DNA from: Deferribacterales bacterium
GTDB taxonomy: Bacteria; Chrysiogenota; Deferribacteres; Deferribacterales; Geovibrionaceae
Assembly (NCBI GenBank): GCA_050251875.1
Contig: JBFWMA010000007.1
Coordinates: 105,431-169,430, forward strand
Length of the DNA: 64,000 bases
Direction of reading: 5' to 3'
Made by a program: the position numbers and the translations under genes. Of the stretch, positions 60,495 to 64,000 are shown in pieces (position 1 is the stretch's first letter; each line of letters opens with the position of its first letter). The notes below the pieces were generated by a model. The model ran no database searches and was not told the origin of the DNA. It saw nothing but the letters and a program-made list of their open reading frames with translations.

Positions 60495-61581
60495 ACACCC
60501 AAAAAGAGAGATCAGCACATTTCATTCGGGAAAATACCTTTTCAGCGCGGTTTCACAGCAGGACATAGCTCCTCTGGCTGACGCTGTATCAGTCATATCC
60601 GCCCTCCCCATGACAGAAGCGGACAGACAGCCACTGACACGTTCGCTCACAGAGCGGGCAGTGTTCGGAGTATTGTTTCCGGATGAAAAAGGCATAACAT
60701 TCGATCAGGTCTCCAGAATAATACAGCACGACAGGAGCAATTTTACTCAGGATGTCAGATCGATAGAGACGGTCAACGTCCACTGCGCCCTGAAATACGC
60801 TCTGGAACATTCAGGAGAGCCTCTCACCCCCGAGCTTCTGGCATCGGTAAACGCCGAGCTGGGGCGGAATCTGGTATCTAAAGAGGCGGAAGGACTCTTC
60901 AGAAAGGGATCTTCCAAACCGGACGACCCATCGGACTATACACCTCCCTTCACAGCTATCGACATCAACCTGCTGCTGAAAAACCTGACAGAGTGGCTGA
61001 CATCGAAAGAGATGTCGAACGTCAACCCGTTCATCAAAGGCATGCTCCTTCATATGCACCTGAAAAAGATACGCCCGTTCGCCGCCTTTAACTGCCGCAC
61101 GGCGAGAATAGCCGAAATAATGCTGCTGAGAGCGCACGGGATATCCGTTCCCGCCATGATGATTCCGGATATATGCGTTAAGGACAAAACAGCTTATTTC
61201 AACGCTGTGACCGATTTCTGCTCCACATCAGACATCACCTCTTATGCCCGGTTCATCTGCTCCGGACTTCTGCGCCTGTTCAGCCCGGCAGCGGTGAAAA
61301 ACCGCGAGCTTTTCGGCAGAAACTCCGTGATGGAATATCTGAACAGACTTCTGGACAAAAAGGAGCTGATACCCAGACAGCACGCTTTTCTGTCTATGCT
61401 CTATGAAACGGGAAAAAGTTTTTCTCAGGAGGAACTTCAGCTGAAAAAGCCGTTTACGAAATATTACGCCAAGGTCAGCAGAACAACCGCTTCCCGTGAT
61501 GTCAGAAAATTCATGGATATGGGTCTGATAAGACCCGTTGAGAATGGATATGTCTTCAACAGAGAGCTGCTCAGCTTCTGA
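60487..61581 (+). CDS. Fic-fold protein with degenerate active site and C-terminal wHTH
   Basis: S..IE, G.FR and IRPFAAFNCRTAR in place of HPFxxGNGRxxR; SRTTASRD..K....G; GTG 60487 overlaps mazG. Confidence 0.75.
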   Translation: MNEHPKREISTFHSGKYLFSAVSQQDIAPLADAVSVISALPMTEADRQPLTRSLTERAVFGVLFPDEKGITFDQVSRIIQHDRSNFTQDVRSIETVNVHCALKYALEHSGEPLTPELLASVNAELGRNLVSKEAEGLFRKGSSKPDDPSDYTPPFTAIDINLLLKNLTEWLTSKEMSNVNPFIKGMLLHMHLKKIRPFAAFNCRTARIAEIMLLRAHGISVPAMMIPDICVKDKTAYFNAVTDFCSTSDITSYARFICSGLLRLFSPAAVKNRELFGRNSVMEYLNRLLDKKELIPRQHAFLSMLYETGKSFSQEELQLKKPFTKYYAKVSRTTASRDVRKFMDMGLIRPVENGYVFNRELLSF

Positions 61582-63012
61582 TTATTTCTCGTTATTATAG
61601 TTGATTTCCTGATCCTCTTCAGAAAAAGAGAAAGTGCCCTTAGAACTCTCCTCTTTAACCAGATAGAACCTGCCGCCGATCATACATTTCACTTCGGGAA
61701 AAACTGTTTTGCCCACATGTATCCTGCCGTCGCTCTTCTCTGTCAGCTTCTGCTGAATCAGCTTCAGTTCGGCGTCTTTAATCACGATTTCTTTTCTGAG
61801 CTGTTCCCGTTTTTTCAGAAGTTTATCTATCATCGCCCTTTTCTCTTCGCCCTGACGCATCAGAACCTCTTTGTTGTTGCCCAGATATGTTTCCAGCTTT
61901 ATCAGCGTTTTAGAGAGTTCATACCTCTCCGCCACGAATTTTTTCATATCCAGAACGTCATGAACGGAGCTGAAAATAGACACATCGGTTTTCACATAGC
62001 TTTCAGATCCCAGAATTTTTGCTGAAATGCCGTTCACGGCGAAGGTTTTTCCACCGATGATGCTTCCGGGAGCGCTCTCCACAGCTACTTCGTTCTCAGC
62101 GTACACTTCTGAATACATGATGGATTTTTTCACCATCACGCTGTCGCCGCTGATTACCTTTGCCTTGTGCATGAACTTGGCGAATATTGAGCCGCCGGCA
62201 AATATCTCAGCGTGGAGCTGTCCGCCGATGATGCCCTGTCTGGCTGTCACTCCGCCTCCGGCTGTTACTTTTCCTCTGATGGTGGTGGCGACCACTTCGT
62301 TCCTCGCCTTCACCTCGAACCCGGCTTTTATGCTTCCCTTCACTATGACGGAACCGGGAAAATCTATATTTCCGGTGGAGAAGTCAACATCGCCTTTAAT
62401 CAGATAGACTTCTGATATATCGAATTTTATCCTGTTTCCAACTTTACTGTACTCTATCAGCCCGTCTATGGAGCTCACGAGCTTTTTGCCGTTGATATAT
62501 ACGTTTTTGCCCAGATCCAGTTCCACTTCCAGACCGTCCAGAGAGTCGATGGGCTCGCCTGTCACGGTCATCCCGTCTCTTCCTTTCGTGGGGCTGATTA
62601 TCATGGCGACAGGCTGGTCTTTCTCTGCCAGAGCCAGCTGTTTCTGCTTATAAACTCGGTAATCGACATTGGTGATATCTTCAGAAGAAAGGATCATGTC
62701 CGCCGGCTTAACAGTGCGCAGGATAAGCTCGCCGTTCTGACCGCTGACCGCCTTTTTTCCTCTGGCGATGACATAGGCTCTCTCGGTTTTCTTTCCTGTG
62801 AGAAGAGCGGCATTGATCTCTTTCACCAGCTCCGTGTCTATGCCGACATACACCCCGGATTCAGCGATAAGGCTGAAAACATCCACATAAAGCGGATCAT
62901 CGGGAACGATCAGCGTTGCCGACATCAAATCATCAGAAATTTCGATAGAAGGCTGCTCTTTGTATGCCAAATCGTCAAACAGCTGCCCCCGCATGTCTCT
63001 TTTTTCGTCCAT
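61582..63012 (-). CDS. FapA (DUF342) family protein
   Basis: IARG, G..VTG, GDVDFSTGNIDF.G.V.V.G and beta-helix repeats. Confidence 0.85.
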   Translation of the reverse strand: MDEKRDMRGQLFDDLAYKEQPSIEISDDLMSATLIVPDDPLYVDVFSLIAESGVYVGIDTELVKEINAALLTGKKTERAYVIARGKKAVSGQNGELILRTVKPADMILSSEDITNVDYRVYKQKQLALAEKDQPVAMIISPTKGRDGMTVTGEPIDSLDGLEVELDLGKNVYINGKKLVSSIDGLIEYSKVGNRIKFDISEVYLIKGDVDFSTGNIDFPGSVIVKGSIKAGFEVKARNEVVATTIRGKVTAGGGVTARQGIIGGQLHAEIFAGGSIFAKFMHKAKVISGDSVMVKKSIMYSEVYAENEVAVESAPGSIIGGKTFAVNGISAKILGSESYVKTDVSIFSSVHDVLDMKKFVAERYELSKTLIKLETYLGNNKEVLMRQGEEKRAMIDKLLKKREQLRKEIVIKDAELKLIQQKLTEKSDGRIHVGKTVFPEVKCMIGGRFYLVKEESSKGTFSFSEEDQEINYNNEK

Positions 63013-63014
63013 AA

Positions 63015-63866
63015 TCAGATATCCGTCCTTACAAATGCCACAGCGTGGAAGGTTTCGCCTCCTAATACGCTGGAACTCAGCATCGTTATGACTTCCTCTT
63101 TCTCACCCGCGCAATTGTGTATTTTTGCTCTGGATATGCCGTTCGCGGCCGACATAACATTTTCATAATCGCTGTAGCTGCAAAAGACAGCTGAGGCATC
63201 CTGCCCCGCCAGCGTTTCAGATCCTATAAAAAACTTCTCTGCCGTATCGTTGAGGTCAACGATTATATTAAAGCTGTTAATTAATATTATCGGCATAGGA
63301 GACGTTTCGAAAAGTGATTTAAAAAACGCTTCGGATACCCAGGCTCTGTCCTCCACCATTTTCTGTTCTGTTAAATCCATTATAACGCCTATGATGCCCT
63401 GTACCTTGCCGTTGATAAAAAAAGCACGCTTCTGGATAACATGAAATCCATCCGCCATCCCCGGGAATCTGCCTCTGTGGTTCACCCTCTCCTCAGAGCC
63501 TTCCGAGATAAGGATTCTATCTCCCTCGGCAAAACTGTCGGCTATCTCTTTCGAAAAAAATTTATAGGCGGTGTTGCCTATCACTTCTTCCCTCTTCAGC
63601 CCGTAAAGGTCGCACAGCGCCTGATTACACGCCAGATATACCCCTTTTGTGTCTTTGTAATAAACAGGCACGGGCATAGTGTCCAGCATCGCCTGAAAAA
63701 TCTCTTTGTCATCAATAAAGCAGGATATATCGAAAAAATCGCATCCAAAAACTTCGGTGACAAGAGCCGCCACGGCATCTTTCCCTGGTCTGTCAGCCAG
63801 TTCATCGAGTCTTTTTTTGAATTCCTGTAATTGCTGTTTAAATAATTCCATATCCGTTTCCTTCAT
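63015..63866 (-). CDS. PAS-domain protein with no output domain
   Basis: P.PVYYKD..G.Y..CN..L..LYG...EE.IG plus a second PAS-like segment. Confidence 0.8.
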   Translation of the reverse strand: MKETDMELFKQQLQEFKKRLDELADRPGKDAVAALVTEVFGCDFFDISCFIDDKEIFQAMLDTMPVPVYYKDTKGVYLACNQALCDLYGLKREEVIGNTAYKFFSKEIADSFAEGDRILISEGSEERVNHRGRFPGMADGFHVIQKRAFFINGKVQGIIGVIMDLTEQKMVEDRAWVSEAFFKSLFETSPMPIILINSFNIIVDLNDTAEKFFIGSETLAGQDASAVFCSYSDYENVMSAANGISRAKIHNCAGEKEEVITMLSSSVLGGETFHAVAFVRTDI

Positions 63867-63877
63867 GTCTTACTAAC

Positions 63878-64000
63878 TCAAGTTTCGCACCTTTGAAACA
63901 TCAGATTCTGTATTGAAAGCCTTACCATTTCCTGTATTCCAGCCAATTTATTCATAAAAACTGTAAATGTTTCCTTTGCTCCATCAATTATTGATAATAA
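63878..64000 (-). CDS. 3' end of an unidentified gene running off the window
   Basis: The only open minus frame (LLSIIDGAKE...QRCET*) ends 11 bp before the next start. Confidence 0.4.
   Translation of the reverse strand, partial: LLSIIDGAKETFTVFMNKLAGIQEMVRLSIQNLMFQRCET

Overview
Chromosomal window from an anaerobic Gram-negative bacterium. Gene content and protein style suggest Deferribacterota (Seleniivibrio/Denitrovibrio-like); this is inference only. Left part (1-28.7 kb), mostly housekeeping: nqrABCD(partial), htpG, rqcH, sdhE-like, a 2-hydroxyacyl-CoA dehydratase/activator pair, aminopeptidase, larB, eno, a diguanylate cyclase, a radical SAM gene, nadB and mnmD. It also holds a permease-less SBP-like/HypB-UreG GTPase/ABC ATPase/YgbA operon behind an FNR-type box, several REP-like palindrome clusters and a lone AT-rich PD-(D/E)XK nuclease gene. 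Centre (28979-45544): an AT-rich ~16.6 kb integrative mobilizable element inserted in tRNA-Cys. It has a 45-bp att duplication, matching arm-type repeats at both ends, a tyrosine integrase with an N-terminal Zn-ribbon, Xis, a MOBF relaxase-helicase split at a T9 tract, an RHH protein and a TrwB/TraD coupling protein. Its cargo is defence-like: type IIG R-M, Mrr, ORF6N-PLD-like, an unknown membrane protein, PIN, a Shedu-type nuclease with an unrecognised N-terminus and a HEPN-like protein. Right part: a frameshifted sigma54 activator divergent from a sigma54-promoted chemosensory operon that lacks cheB and has an MshEN-like insert in CheA, then a second identical tRNA-Gly, xerC, a dCache/CZB chemoreceptor, mazG, a degenerate Fic gene, fapA and a PAS protein. 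All family calls come from motif recognition by eye; no database searches were run.
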